From: a virus
Virus record (IMG/VR): IMGVR_UViG_3300029711_000003
Location: 1-64,000 of that record
Length of the DNA stretch: 64,000 bases
Strand: one strand, 5' to 3'
Positions 55,751 to 64,000 of the stretch are shown here, in pieces. Position numbers and translations under genes: made by a program. How positions within the stretch are numbered: position 1 is the first letter of the stretch; every line of letters starts with the position of its first letter. The notes under the pieces are model-generated. The model saw nothing but the letters and a program-made list of their open reading frames with translations, had not been told where the DNA came from and searched no databases.

Positions 55751-56188
55751 ATGGAAACAAAAAAGAAGACAAGAAATTTATCCGTTGCTGAATACTTTCT
55801 TGTTATTCAGAAAGAATACTTGATTGCTGAATTTAGAAAGAAAATCTATTTTAGCAAGAATGACAAGAATTATTATCAGCGAGTAATGAACGGTAAGCGT
55901 GAAAAAATTGAAATGATTTCCAAGCGCAACCGTTTAGACAACATATTTAACAATGCTGCTAAGATGGAAGAAATGAGAAACGAGCTTTTTGACCGTCTTG
56001 GTAAACCAAAGTTTGAAATGTCTCAAACGGACATTGATAACTATTATTCCGTTGGCAATGAATTTTCTTTCCGTGGTGATATTTGGATTTTAGACCAAGT
56101 AAACAGCGATGGTACGCTCACGCTGTATTCTGCTAAATTACAACAATACGAAACGGCTGATAAATCTGAAGTTTGTAGGATTTTATAA
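55751..56188 (+). CDS. hypothetical protein
   Basis: 145 aa, ORF track. Confidence 0.45.
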   Translation: METKKKTRNLSVAEYFLVIQKEYLIAEFRKKIYFSKNDKNYYQRVMNGKREKIEMISKRNRLDNIFNNAAKMEEMRNELFDRLGKPKFEMSQTDIDNYYSVGNEFSFRGDIWILDQVNSDGTLTLYSAKLQQYETADKSEVCRIL

Positions 56189-56213
56189 GATTCAATAATT
56201 CATTATTTTCTGT

Positions 56214-56272
56214 GGGTTTGTCCTGGTTTTTGCTAAACAAAAGTTAAAATTTTGGGCAAACCCAAATTTTTT
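56214..56272 (+). terminator. possible terminator / structured intergenic element
   Basis: GGGTTTG ... CAAACCC (7 bp) enclose a 36-nt loop that has its own TTTTG/CAAAA mini-hairpin. Followed by AAATTTTTT. Confidence 0.3.
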
Positions 56273-56283
56273 CCAAAAATTAT

Positions 56284-56314
56284 TTTGCCGTTTGTAAAAT
56301 TCTCCGTACCTTCG
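56284..56314 (+). promoter_or_regulatory. candidate Bacteroidota-type host promoter (TTTG-N19-TAccTTCG)
   Basis: TTTG at 56284..56287 and TACCTTCG at 56307..56314. There is one mismatch to the TAnnTTTG -7 element. Lies ~37 nt upstream of the sigma-like gene. Confidence 0.3.
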
Positions 56315-56350
56315 CTTCAGAATTGTAAATGAAATCGTAAATTGAATTGT

Positions 56351-56995
56351 ATGAATGCTAAAATAAAAATGTCCGAAAGGCTTTATCGTCGCTATGAGTA
56401 TCTTGCTCCGAGATACGCCAGTAGGATATTCTCATACGAGCAATTGTCTTATGAATATGAAGATTTGGTACAAGAGTTCCGTATCAAGATTTTCACTTCC
56501 ATTAAGGCTTATGGACGTAGATGGCTAAGGTATCGGAGAGGTGAAGCACCCAAGCCAGTTCCTTTGAAATACTATTTGGAAGCAGCATGTTCTAATAAGA
56601 TGCGTGATTTCACTAAGTATATTACAAGAGAGAACAATAAAACGAGTATTGATGAAATCCATTATGATTATGGAGTTAATGACGATACAACAATTTCTCC
56701 TGAACGCAATATCTTTATAGTAAATGGCGTGAATTTATTGGAGGGATTGACTGGTAAGGAAAGAGCCGTTTTTTCTCTTTATTTGCGAGGTTGCAATAAA
56801 ATTTTGCTTAACAAAGTTTATTTTAGCAATAAAGAAGAAAAACGGTTGAGAAAAGAAGTTTTGGAAACTGGCGATGAGCCGTTTGGCGTAGCAGATATAA
56901 TAGATTTACAAAAGAGCTATTTGATTCGCAAGTACGGAAATGACTTACTCCAGCAAAACCGAGTTTTTTCAACTTACAACTTCGATGAAGAATAA
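56351..56995 (+). CDS. sigma-70/ECF-like transcription factor
   Basis: YEDLVQEFRIKIFTSIKAY is region-2-like. LTGKERAVFSLYLRG is a region-4-like HTH. ATG at 56351; the track start at 56342 is TTG. Confidence 0.5.
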   Translation: MNAKIKMSERLYRRYEYLAPRYASRIFSYEQLSYEYEDLVQEFRIKIFTSIKAYGRRWLRYRRGEAPKPVPLKYYLEAACSNKMRDFTKYITRENNKTSIDEIHYDYGVNDDTTISPERNIFIVNGVNLLEGLTGKERAVFSLYLRGCNKILLNKVYFSNKEEKRLRKEVLETGDEPFGVADIIDLQKSYLIRKYGNDLLQQNRVFSTYNFDEE

Positions 56996-57033
56996 CTTTT
57001 TAACATAGTAATAACTTAAAAATTGTAAAGAAA

Positions 57034-58233
57034 ATGGCAACAAAATTGAATCCAGCAACTGCTAAGAAAGTGAAGGCATTGGGTATTAATGCTAAATCAG
57101 AAGAAGATGCACGTGAGAAACTGCTTGAAATCCTGAAGGACAACGGCATTGACGGCATGGAAGAGGAAGACACCGAAACTCTTATTGACATTGCCGAGAG
57201 CTATGTTGAGGAAGGCGGTGAAAATGAATCAGAAGAGCAAGAGGCAGAAGAGCTTGCTAATGAAGCTGAGGAAGAGGAAACTGAAGAAGAAAAGCCGAAG
57301 GCAAAGGTCAAGAAAGCTCCTGCTAAGGATGACGATGAAGAAGAGGAAGAAGAAACTGAAGAAGAGCCTGAAGAGGAAGAAACTGAAGAAGGTGATGAGT
57401 TTGACGAAATGGACAGAACGGAGTTGAAATCCTATATCAAGAAGAATGGGCTGGAAATTACTGTCAAGAAGTCTATGACTGATGACGACATCCGTGACCT
57501 CATTCGTGAAGCAGTAAATGATGAAGAGGAAGAAACGGAGGAAGCAGAAGAGGAAGCTCCAGCATCGAAAGAAAAGGCTGCTAAGAAAGCTGAAACGAAA
57601 GCTCCTGAGAAGCCTGCGAAGAAGAAAGAGGAAAAGAAAGAAACTAAGTCAAAACCTGCCGGCAAGCGTGGTACTAAACTTGACCCGAAGAACAACGAAG
57701 ATGACCGCAAGGCATTTGCTCCTTTGAAAAAGCTGTTCCCTGAAGATGAGTTCAACTATGCTTGGGTAGCAAGCGCAGGAGTTACAATCAAACATAAGGG
57801 TACAAACTCCAACCGTTCTATGGTTCTGATTGAGAACTGTTCTCAGATGCCCGATGGTTCTATCAAGTGTAACTTGTATCTGCTTACTTTCAACAAGCAG
57901 CTTGAAGTTCTTGATGAAGCAGGTATTGAGTACGAAAAGTGCTGGAGCGGTGCACCGCTTATCAAGGGCATAACTCTTGATGAGGCAATCGAAATCATCA
58001 AAGGCTTGCTTGACAACATTCTGTCTTCTGTAAAGAAAATCGACAAGAAGCTGGGAGAAAACCGCAAAAAGATGGAGGAAAATCTGAACAAGAAAGCTCC
58101 GAAGAAAGCGGCAAAGCCTGCTAAGGATGATGACGATGAAGAAGAGGAAGAAACTGAGGAAGAAGAAACGCCGAAGGCAAAACCTGCCTCAAAGAAGGCT
58201 GTAGCAACAAAGAAAACTACAAAGAAAAAGTAA
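57034..58233 (+). CDS. acidic/basic low-complexity protein with HeH/SAP-like motifs and histone-H1-like Lys-rich tail
   Basis: Has long E/T-rich tracts. TELKSYIKKNGLEITVKKSMTDDDIRDLI is the HeH-like motif. Residues ~215-330 look like a folded core. The C-terminus ends KPASKKAVATKKTTKKK. Confidence 0.6.
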   Translation: MATKLNPATAKKVKALGINAKSEEDAREKLLEILKDNGIDGMEEEDTETLIDIAESYVEEGGENESEEQEAEELANEAEEEETEEEKPKAKVKKAPAKDDDEEEEEETEEEPEEEETEEGDEFDEMDRTELKSYIKKNGLEITVKKSMTDDDIRDLIREAVNDEEEETEEAEEEAPASKEKAAKKAETKAPEKPAKKKEEKKETKSKPAGKRGTKLDPKNNEDDRKAFAPLKKLFPEDEFNYAWVASAGVTIKHKGTNSNRSMVLIENCSQMPDGSIKCNLYLLTFNKQLEVLDEAGIEYEKCWSGAPLIKGITLDEAIEIIKGLLDNILSSVKKIDKKLGENRKKMEENLNKKAPKKAAKPAKDDDDEEEEETEEEETPKAKPASKKAVATKKTTKKK

Positions 58234-58268
58234 TTTGCGTAACTGCATAAATGATAGATAGAGATTGG

Positions 58269-58305
58269 AAGGAGCTGCTTGAGAAAGTGGCTCCTTTTTC
58301 TTTTT
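58269..58305 (+). terminator. rho-independent terminator
   Basis: AAGGAGCTGC / GTGGCTCCTT stem (two G-T pairs), 8-nt loop, TTTTTCTTTTT tail. Confidence 0.65.
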
Positions 58306-58353
58306 ACAACGTTACTTACATAGTTAGAAATAATAAGTTAAACAAATTGAAAT

Positions 58354-59553
58354 ATGGAAAATATTGATTTCAAAAATGTGTTTATTCCGCCACTTGGCGT
58401 AATTTCAACTTCACAATTCAGTGAGATGTATCCTGTGGTTAATGACTATATTCTCAATGAAATGAAGTTTGAGGATAGCAGGGATGGAAAGGTAAAGGAA
58501 ATGCTTGATATTAAAACAATGTTAAGCAATCCGTATCGTAGATGCGTAGGCGGTTATCGAAGAAACATAAATGTGTTCTTTTTGCTTGCTGAAGCTATGT
58601 GGATTGTTTTAGGCAGGAAAGATGTTGAGACATTAGTCAATTTCAATAACAATATGAAAAACTTTTCCGATGATGGTGAAACATTTCACGCTCCTTATGG
58701 TTTTCGTTTGCGCCATTGGGGTATAAGGACAGAGGATAAGTTTGAGGAAGGAGTTAATACTGCTCAAGGTTCAGACCAAGTTTTGAATGCTATCAAACTT
58801 TTGACGGAAAATCCTAACACCCGTCAAGTTGTTATGTCTATTTGGAATCCAAACTTTGATTTAGGATTCAAAACAAAAGACATACCTTGTAATGATATGG
58901 TGATGTTAAAGATAAGGAACGGAAAGCTGATAACAACGGTTCAAAATCGTAGCAACGACTTGCATTGGGGTTTGCCTACGAACATATTCCAGTTCTCATT
59001 CCTCACCGAAGTTATGGCGGCTTGTTTAGGTATAGAGCTTGGCACTCAAACTCATAATTCTCAGAGCCTACATATATATGAGTGGAATGATGTTGCTAAT
59101 GTTATGGATGAAGAATATAAGAAAATCGGAAACGGTTTTGATTTGTATCATTGGGCTCATGAGAAGCATATGGATTTCAACTTCAATCACGAAGTTCCTG
59201 CTAACCGTTTCCGTGAGATTGAATACAATTTTTCGGTTATTATCGAAAATCTGAATAAAGTTGCTAAGGGAGAGAGTGAGAACAACGATGAAATCCAAGC
59301 ATTAGCAATGTTTTCTAATTATCTGTATAACTCTTATCTGTTATTGAAGATTTATTTGGATTACAAGCATGATATTAAGTCTGCTAAGACGGATGAGGAA
59401 AAGGATGTTGCCCGTTTGAAGGCAATTTCAGATATTGAATTGATAGAAATTGAGAACAAGTTACAAGGATGGGACATTTCAGTTCTTGCTAAGAATTTCT
59501 TTGCCGCAAGGTTACACAATAAGGTAGAACATGAATACATTGGTAAGTTATGA
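58354..59553 (+). CDS. divergent ThyA-family enzyme (thymidylate synthase or dUMP hydroxymethylase) with ~130-aa C-terminal extension
   Basis: APYGFRLRHWG, DQVLNAIKLLTENPNTRQVVMSIWNP, catalytic IPCND, NRSNDLHWGLPTNIFQF and SLHIYEWN align with the ThyA core motifs. Asn in LPTN is the uracil-type specificity residue; dCMP hydroxymethylases have Asp there. Confidence 0.7.
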   Translation: MENIDFKNVFIPPLGVISTSQFSEMYPVVNDYILNEMKFEDSRDGKVKEMLDIKTMLSNPYRRCVGGYRRNINVFFLLAEAMWIVLGRKDVETLVNFNNNMKNFSDDGETFHAPYGFRLRHWGIRTEDKFEEGVNTAQGSDQVLNAIKLLTENPNTRQVVMSIWNPNFDLGFKTKDIPCNDMVMLKIRNGKLITTVQNRSNDLHWGLPTNIFQFSFLTEVMAACLGIELGTQTHNSQSLHIYEWNDVANVMDEEYKKIGNGFDLYHWAHEKHMDFNFNHEVPANRFREIEYNFSVIIENLNKVAKGESENNDEIQALAMFSNYLYNSYLLLKIYLDYKHDIKSAKTDEEKDVARLKAISDIELIEIENKLQGWDISVLAKNFFAARLHNKVEHEYIGKL

Positions 59554-62500
59554 CAAAAAGTCTATCTGAATGGATTGAAAACAACAAACTTTCGGTATCG
59601 GAGTCAAAAATCAATGACTCCGATATTGTAAGTATTGAAGGTGTTGGAACATTCCTTTATGTACATCCGTTTGACGGTAAGATAATTGATGAAGATTTTG
59701 CTTTCATATTATCGGATGAAGAGTTTGATTTGCTTGATGAAAAGAAAGTAGATTACATATTGTTTGAGTTCGGTAAGAAATTCTATTATTCCAGTCCTAA
59801 ACAATCGAAGAACAGATACAACGAAATCATTTACAAACCTGAGTTCAATGATTTCAAGTATTTGGGTACAACGAAAGAAACAACAGAAGATATATTTCCA
59901 TTTGTTCACCTTGGAGTTCATTCCGAGTATGAAATGTTGAATGGTTCGGGAGCCTGTGAGTTGTGGGCTAAGAAAGCTGCCTTTATGAAAGTTAAGGCTT
60001 TGGGCATATGTGATAAAAATACTATGGCTGGAGTTCTTTCATTTCAGACCGCTTGTGAAAAGAAAGGGGTGAAGTCAATAATAGGTGAAACCGTAACTGT
60101 AGCAATAGATTATTCCGAAGAAAAACAAAACCAAGAAACATTTGAATTAAAGCTATATGTTTTGAATTATGAGGGGTGGAAAAATCTGTTGCTTATCAAT
60201 AAAGCTATAAATGTTGACTATGATGGTTTTATTCCTGATACGTTACTTTATACGCTGGGAAAGGGCTTATGCTGCGTAGTGCCCAAAGAGAGTGAATTCA
60301 ACTACATTAAGGATGATAAGGTGAAAGTGTTAAAACTTATAGCCAAATACAAAAAGACGTTTGACCAAGTCTATTATCAAATTGATACGGTTGAATATAC
60401 TTCTCAACAATTATTCCGTAAGCACTTGGAAAACATTGATACTTATATAATGAAATACAAAAGGTTCATCAAGCCTATCTTAATCAATGATTCATATTAT
60501 CTTGATGCCGAAGAAGGTGGATTGAAATCTTTGTTGAATAAGGTATCGGGAAAGGCTGCGCCTGAATCAAACAATCAATTCTTCAAGAGCTTTATGGATA
60601 CCTTGGAATCATATAAGGAATGGGGAGAGGTATCGGAGCTATGGGACATTATTTTATCAGGAAGACATTATGCTGAAAAGCTCACAGATAAAATTGATTT
60701 CCGCATAAATACTGGAGAACGTAAGTTGCCTCATTTTGAGGTTAAGGATGTTGAAGGACTGTTCTTTCAGGAGCTTGAACGTGGAATAAACGAGCGTTTG
60801 GGAGATTTGCCTCCAAAGAAGATGAAAGAATATCTCAAGCAGATAGAAACCGAGTGCGCTGTTATAGTTCCTAATGGTTTGTGCGATTATTTTATGATAC
60901 TTTGGGACATCATAAAGTGGTGTCATGATAATGATATAAACACTGGTCCAGGACGTGGTTCAGTTTGCGGTAGTCTTATAGCGTACTGTTTACATATAAC
61001 AGACGTTGACCCATTGAAGTATGGATTGATGTTTGAGCGTTTCTTGAATGAAACACGTGTATCGGGAGAGCGAGCGAAAAGTGCGGACAGTATGCCTGAT
61101 ATAGATGTTGATTTTCCAACAGAGTTCCGTGATGCTGTTAAAGAGTACATCAAAGAAAAGTATGGTTATGCTTACACTTGTAGTATTGGTACATATACGA
61201 GAATGAAGCTCAAAACTTGTATCAAGGACTTCGGAAAGGTTAAGGGATTGTCATTTGATTTGACAAATAAATTGACTAAGGATATAGATGACCAAATAGA
61301 ATACACTTGGGGAGATTTGATTGAATATGCAAGCAAGTCGAAACTTCTTTTCAAGTTTGTTCAGGAAAATCCTGAATTGGTTCATATGACCAAATATGCA
61401 CTTCTTCAGCCGAAAGCTGAAAGCGTACACCCGTCAGCCGTTATTATCGTACCTAAACATGCTGTGGACGGTACGAACAGAGAAATGGACTTGTGGGAGT
61501 GGATGCCTGTAAAGAAAATTGATGGTGTATTGGTATCTGAATGGGAAGGAAAGTACATTGATAAGTCAGGTTTTTTGAAAGAGGATATTCTTGGACTTTC
61601 TCAGCTTGATAAGTTTAAGAGTATTTTGAAACTTATTGAAAATAATTGTCACAAGAAAATAGATGTTAACAAGATACCGCTGGACGATGAAGCGACATTC
61701 CGATATTTCAAACGTGGTTGGAATGAAGATGTATTTCAGTTCGGTACGACTGGGTTGATGAATTATTGTCGTCAAGTTAAGCCTGATAGTTTGGAAAACC
61801 TTATAGCCATGACTGCTTTGTTCAGACCTGGACCCATGGAGCTTAATGCGCATCAAGACTTTGCTGATATTAAGAACGGAAAGAAGAAACCTGTGTATGA
61901 CTTTGGTATGGAAGATATAACCAAAGAAACTTATGGACTTTATGTGTATCAAGAGCAGGTTATGCAAGCCGTAGTTGTCGGAGGTTTGACGAAGGTTGAA
62001 TCAGACGTTCTCCGTACTACGATTAAGAAGAAGGATGTGAAAACACTGGCTTCATTTGGCGATAAGTTTAAGGATGGATATGCTAAACTTTTGTCAAAGA
62101 ATGGTATCAAAAATCCTGAAGAGTATGCTAATCACGTATGGTATAAGCTGCTTGCCTTTTCAGGGTATGGTTTTAACAAATCACACGCTGCCGCTTATTC
62201 TATAATGTCTTATTGGAGCCAATGGTTTAAGGTTAATTATCCGTTGGAATTTTGGACAACTGCTCTTCAATTCTCCAAAGAGGGAGAAGTGCCATACCGT
62301 TTAGCTGAGTTGAAAAAGACAGGAGCTGAAATTGAGATACGTCCACCTGATGTTAATTTCTCCGATATAAATTTCACTTGCGATGCGAAAGAACAGCGCA
62401 TCTTCTTCAGCCTGACGAAAATTAAGGGAGTAGGAGAAGTGGCGGTGAAGAATATAATGGATACAAGGCACGCAGGTGGGCAGTTCTATTCGTTGGAAGA

Positions 62501-63101
62501 GTTCCTCAGCCGAGTACCCAGTAAGGTAAACAAAACTGTTGTAAAATGCTTAATAGTAGCTGGAGCGTTTGACCTGATAGAAGGTGTTAACAATCCGAGA
62601 GATAGAAAGAAGCTGCTGGAGAAGTATTTGGAAAGCAAGAATGAAAGTTTACCAGAAGAATACTCAGGAGCGGATAGCAATTCCAACGCATTTTGGATTT
62701 TGGAACAAAAACGTCTTACTGGGTTTGGAGAAGTAGATTATGAAACCATGATACGTGATGCCATTCCTAACAAGCGTTTGTCTAAGTTGTATGTCAATGA
62801 TAGCGAGTTCCTTGATACTAAGGAAAAAACGGAAGTTGTTATTGCCGGCAAACTTATATTCTATCGTGAGCGTGATATTAAGAACGGAAAGGTGTGTACT
62901 ATTCAGATAGACTGTAATAATACTATTTTGAACGCCATTCTTTGGCCAGACGCATACGAGAAGATTGATGAGGATATAGCTAATTTGAAGGGTTGTATCG
63001 TAGCTTTGAGCGGTACGGTTGAAAAAGACCGATATAGGAATGAAAAAAACTTGTATAGTAACAATAAAACAAAGTTATATGTTATATCAGAATCAAAATA
63101 A
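59550..63101 (+). CDS. dnaE: DNA polymerase III alpha subunit (DnaE-type, with PHP domain)
   Basis: FVHLGVHSEYEMLNGS (PHP), GPGRGSVCGSLIAYCLHITDVDPLKYGLMFERFLN, MPDIDVDF, FRPGPM and YGFNKSHAAAYS. Confidence 0.9.
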   Translation: MTKSLSEWIENNKLSVSESKINDSDIVSIEGVGTFLYVHPFDGKIIDEDFAFILSDEEFDLLDEKKVDYILFEFGKKFYYSSPKQSKNRYNEIIYKPEFNDFKYLGTTKETTEDIFPFVHLGVHSEYEMLNGSGACELWAKKAAFMKVKALGICDKNTMAGVLSFQTACEKKGVKSIIGETVTVAIDYSEEKQNQETFELKLYVLNYEGWKNLLLINKAINVDYDGFIPDTLLYTLGKGLCCVVPKESEFNYIKDDKVKVLKLIAKYKKTFDQVYYQIDTVEYTSQQLFRKHLENIDTYIMKYKRFIKPILINDSYYLDAEEGGLKSLLNKVSGKAAPESNNQFFKSFMDTLESYKEWGEVSELWDIILSGRHYAEKLTDKIDFRINTGERKLPHFEVKDVEGLFFQELERGINERLGDLPPKKMKEYLKQIETECAVIVPNGLCDYFMILWDIIKWCHDNDINTGPGRGSVCGSLIAYCLHITDVDPLKYGLMFERFLNETRVSGERAKSADSMPDIDVDFPTEFRDAVKEYIKEKYGYAYTCSIGTYTRMKLKTCIKDFGKVKGLSFDLTNKLTKDIDDQIEYTWGDLIEYASKSKLLFKFVQENPELVHMTKYALLQPKAESVHPSAVIIVPKHAVDGTNREMDLWEWMPVKKIDGVLVSEWEGKYIDKSGFLKEDILGLSQLDKFKSILKLIENNCHKKIDVNKIPLDDEATFRYFKRGWNEDVFQFGTTGLMNYCRQVKPDSLENLIAMTALFRPGPMELNAHQDFADIKNGKKKPVYDFGMEDITKETYGLYVYQEQVMQAVVVGGLTKVESDVLRTTIKKKDVKTLASFGDKFKDGYAKLLSKNGIKNPEEYANHVWYKLLAFSGYGFNKSHAAAYSIMSYWSQWFKVNYPLEFWTTALQFSKEGEVPYRLAELKKTGAEIEIRPPDVNFSDINFTCDAKEQRIFFSLTKIKGVGEVAVKNIMDTRHAGGQFYSLEEFLSRVPSKVNKTVVKCLIVAGAFDLIEGVNNPRDRKKLLEKYLESKNESLPEEYSGADSNSNAFWILEQKRLTGFGEVDYETMIRDAIPNKRLSKLYVNDSEFLDTKEKTEVVIAGKLIFYRERDIKNGKVCTIQIDCNNTILNAILWPDAYEKIDEDIANLKGCIVALSGTVEKDRYRNEKNLYSNNKTKLYVISESK

Positions 63102-63151
63102 TATGAAACAGGAAGAAGAAATAATTGTTGTTTTCCCTTGGACAATTTTTA

Positions 63152-63766
63152 ATGTTAAAAGTCATGATAAAGGAATTTGTTAATAAAATTGTATCTTTGG
63201 ACAACGTTCATCAATGGGCAGAACGTGATAGCGTTATCAAAGAAACCGTATCGCAACATTCATTTAAGGTTGCATCATTTGCCATCTTCATTCTTGATAG
63301 ATTGGAAAATGAAAATTGTAATGTAATTGGTAAAGGAAATCAAGATTGGATTGAGTTCCGAAAGAATTGCGTTGAGTATGCTGTTTTACACGACTTTGAT
63401 GAAGCAATACTTGGACGTGATATCAGTCATGTCGTTAAGTATAATAAACATAATGGCGACAAAATCAGAAAGGATATTGATGACTATGTCAATTATGAAA
63501 TTGAACGTCTTGGATTAAATCTGATTAAGGATGAAATAAATCCTAATGTTAAGACGTTTGTGAAATTCTGCGATTGGCTTGCTATGATGTCTTTTATTTA
63601 TCGTAACAAATCAATGGGAGTGCGAACATTCGGTAATGAGAGAATGTATTGCCAAGATAAAGCAACAGAAAGCAGTGTGGTAGTTCAATCTATGTTGAAC
63701 AAAGTTTTCCATATTGAAAGTTTCAAATGTTTGGTAGAAATACTTAATGACTATATTTATGAATGA
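63152..63766 (+). CDS. HD-domain 5'-deoxynucleotidase (YfbR-like)
   Basis: ETVSQHSFKVA (His), LHDFDEAILGRDISHVVK (HD) and KFCDWLAM (Asp) follow the YfbR pattern. ATG at 63152 or 63164; the track start at 63125 is TTG. Confidence 0.65.
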   Translation: MLKVMIKEFVNKIVSLDNVHQWAERDSVIKETVSQHSFKVASFAIFILDRLENENCNVIGKGNQDWIEFRKNCVEYAVLHDFDEAILGRDISHVVKYNKHNGDKIRKDIDDYVNYEIERLGLNLIKDEINPNVKTFVKFCDWLAMMSFIYRNKSMGVRTFGNERMYCQDKATESSVVVQSMLNKVFHIESFKCLVEILNDYIYE

Positions 63767-64000
63767 ACAGATAGTTGAAGACCTGAAAATAATTCAGGAA
63801 AAGGAGCCTGATGCGTATAAGGCGGTAGAAATGGTGATTCACCATATAGCAGGCACTTACAGCGATAAGTACGAAGTGAAAGAAGATACGGTCATTGATA
63901 CAAAGAAAATGCTGTACAATGCTAAAATGGGCAAGTACATCAATATATATCAAGTCAACCGTTATCTTCAAAGAGTTCTTTCGGAGGGTAAAAAGAAGTC
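63759..64000 (+). CDS. hypothetical protein, 5' fragment (runs off window)
   Basis: My own translation from the ATG at 63759 gives MNEQIVEDLKIIQEKEPDAYKAVEMVIHHIAG.... It stays open to the window end and overlaps the HD gene stop. Confidence 0.3.
   Translation, partial: MNEQIVEDLKIIQEKEPDAYKAVEMVIHHIAGTYSDKYEVKEDTVIDTKKMLYNAKMGKYINIYQVNRYLQRVLSEGKKK

Noticed and set aside
57149-57755. Alternative-frame ORFs (57149..57427 +, 57518..57727 +, 57432..57755 -) that encode Lys/Arg-rich or Ser-rich strings.
   Set aside because: They are artefacts of the GAA/GAG/AAG-rich repeats of the acidic/basic protein gene. The other frames of such repeats stay open by composition.
511-63971. All minus-strand ORFs in the track (60-217 aa).
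   Set aside because: Every one lies inside, and antisense to, a longer + strand ORF with a recognisable function or consistent packing. None has its own intergenic space, terminator or recognisable motif. I treat them as shadow ORFs.
1-64000. tRNA/rRNA genes, CRISPR arrays, integrase/att sites and defence or anti-defence islands.
   Set aside because: The intergenic spaces are too short, or are occupied by terminators and promoter-like elements. I saw no cloverleaf-like sequences, spaced repeats or tyrosine/serine recombinase motifs. This is an absence of evidence from reading by eye, not from a tRNAscan or CRISPR search.

Overview
This window is a contiguous 64-kb stretch of a large, virulent-looking dsDNA phage with a contractile tail. 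Every credible gene is on the + strand. Genes are tightly packed, with many ATGA or short-overlap junctions, and are punctuated by about nine clear rho-independent terminators.

Gene order:
- a DNA-modification-like pair (aGPT-pyrophosphorylase-like plus FkbM methyltransferase)
- portal, then a fibre
- a frameshifted gene
- a MuF/SPP1-gp7-like minor head protein interrupted by an intein
- an LmbE-type deacetylase and a GT-B glycosyltransferase
- an AAA-type ATPase and a 791-aa kinase-like protein
- a GH108 endolysin, a GIY-YIG homing endonuclease and a lipoprotein
- prohead protease/scaffold, major capsid and neck genes
- sheath, tube, chaperones, tape measure and an M23 lysin
- baseplate genes (gp25-like, J-like) and fibres
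- a Cys-Gly peptide cassette and an SGNH-esterase fibre
- a replication/nucleotide module: SF2 helicase, DnaB-like helicase, primase, sigma-like factor, acidic/basic HeH protein, ThyA-family enzyme, DnaE-type Pol III alpha and an HD 5'-nucleotidase

I saw no tRNA, rRNA, CRISPR array or integrase. Most start codons have A/T-rich leaders without a Shine-Dalgarno sequence. From that I infer, without proof, a Bacteroidota-type host.

Items most worth a second look:
1. An intein cuts the HPxCRC motif of the MuF-like protein and carries a Vsr/DUF559-type nuclease.
2. A CCC_C +1 frameshift site is supported by a paralogous motif that straddles it.
3. A short KWVW...DWR motif is shared by three or four proteins embedded in the head module. 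They are possible injected cargo and include an ATPase and a kinase-like protein.
4. A scattered gene set is compatible with thymidine hypermodification: aGPT-Pplase-like, methyltransferase, divergent ThyA-family enzyme, HD nucleotidase and sugar enzymes.
5. A 69-aa peptide ends in GCGCGCNDGCGNGCGC and has a Cys-containing beta-rich partner.
6. A conserved CAGTTAT(A/T)(A/G) element lies upstream of seven genes, and the phage encodes a sigma-like factor.

All functional calls rest on motif recognition by eye. None has been checked against a database.
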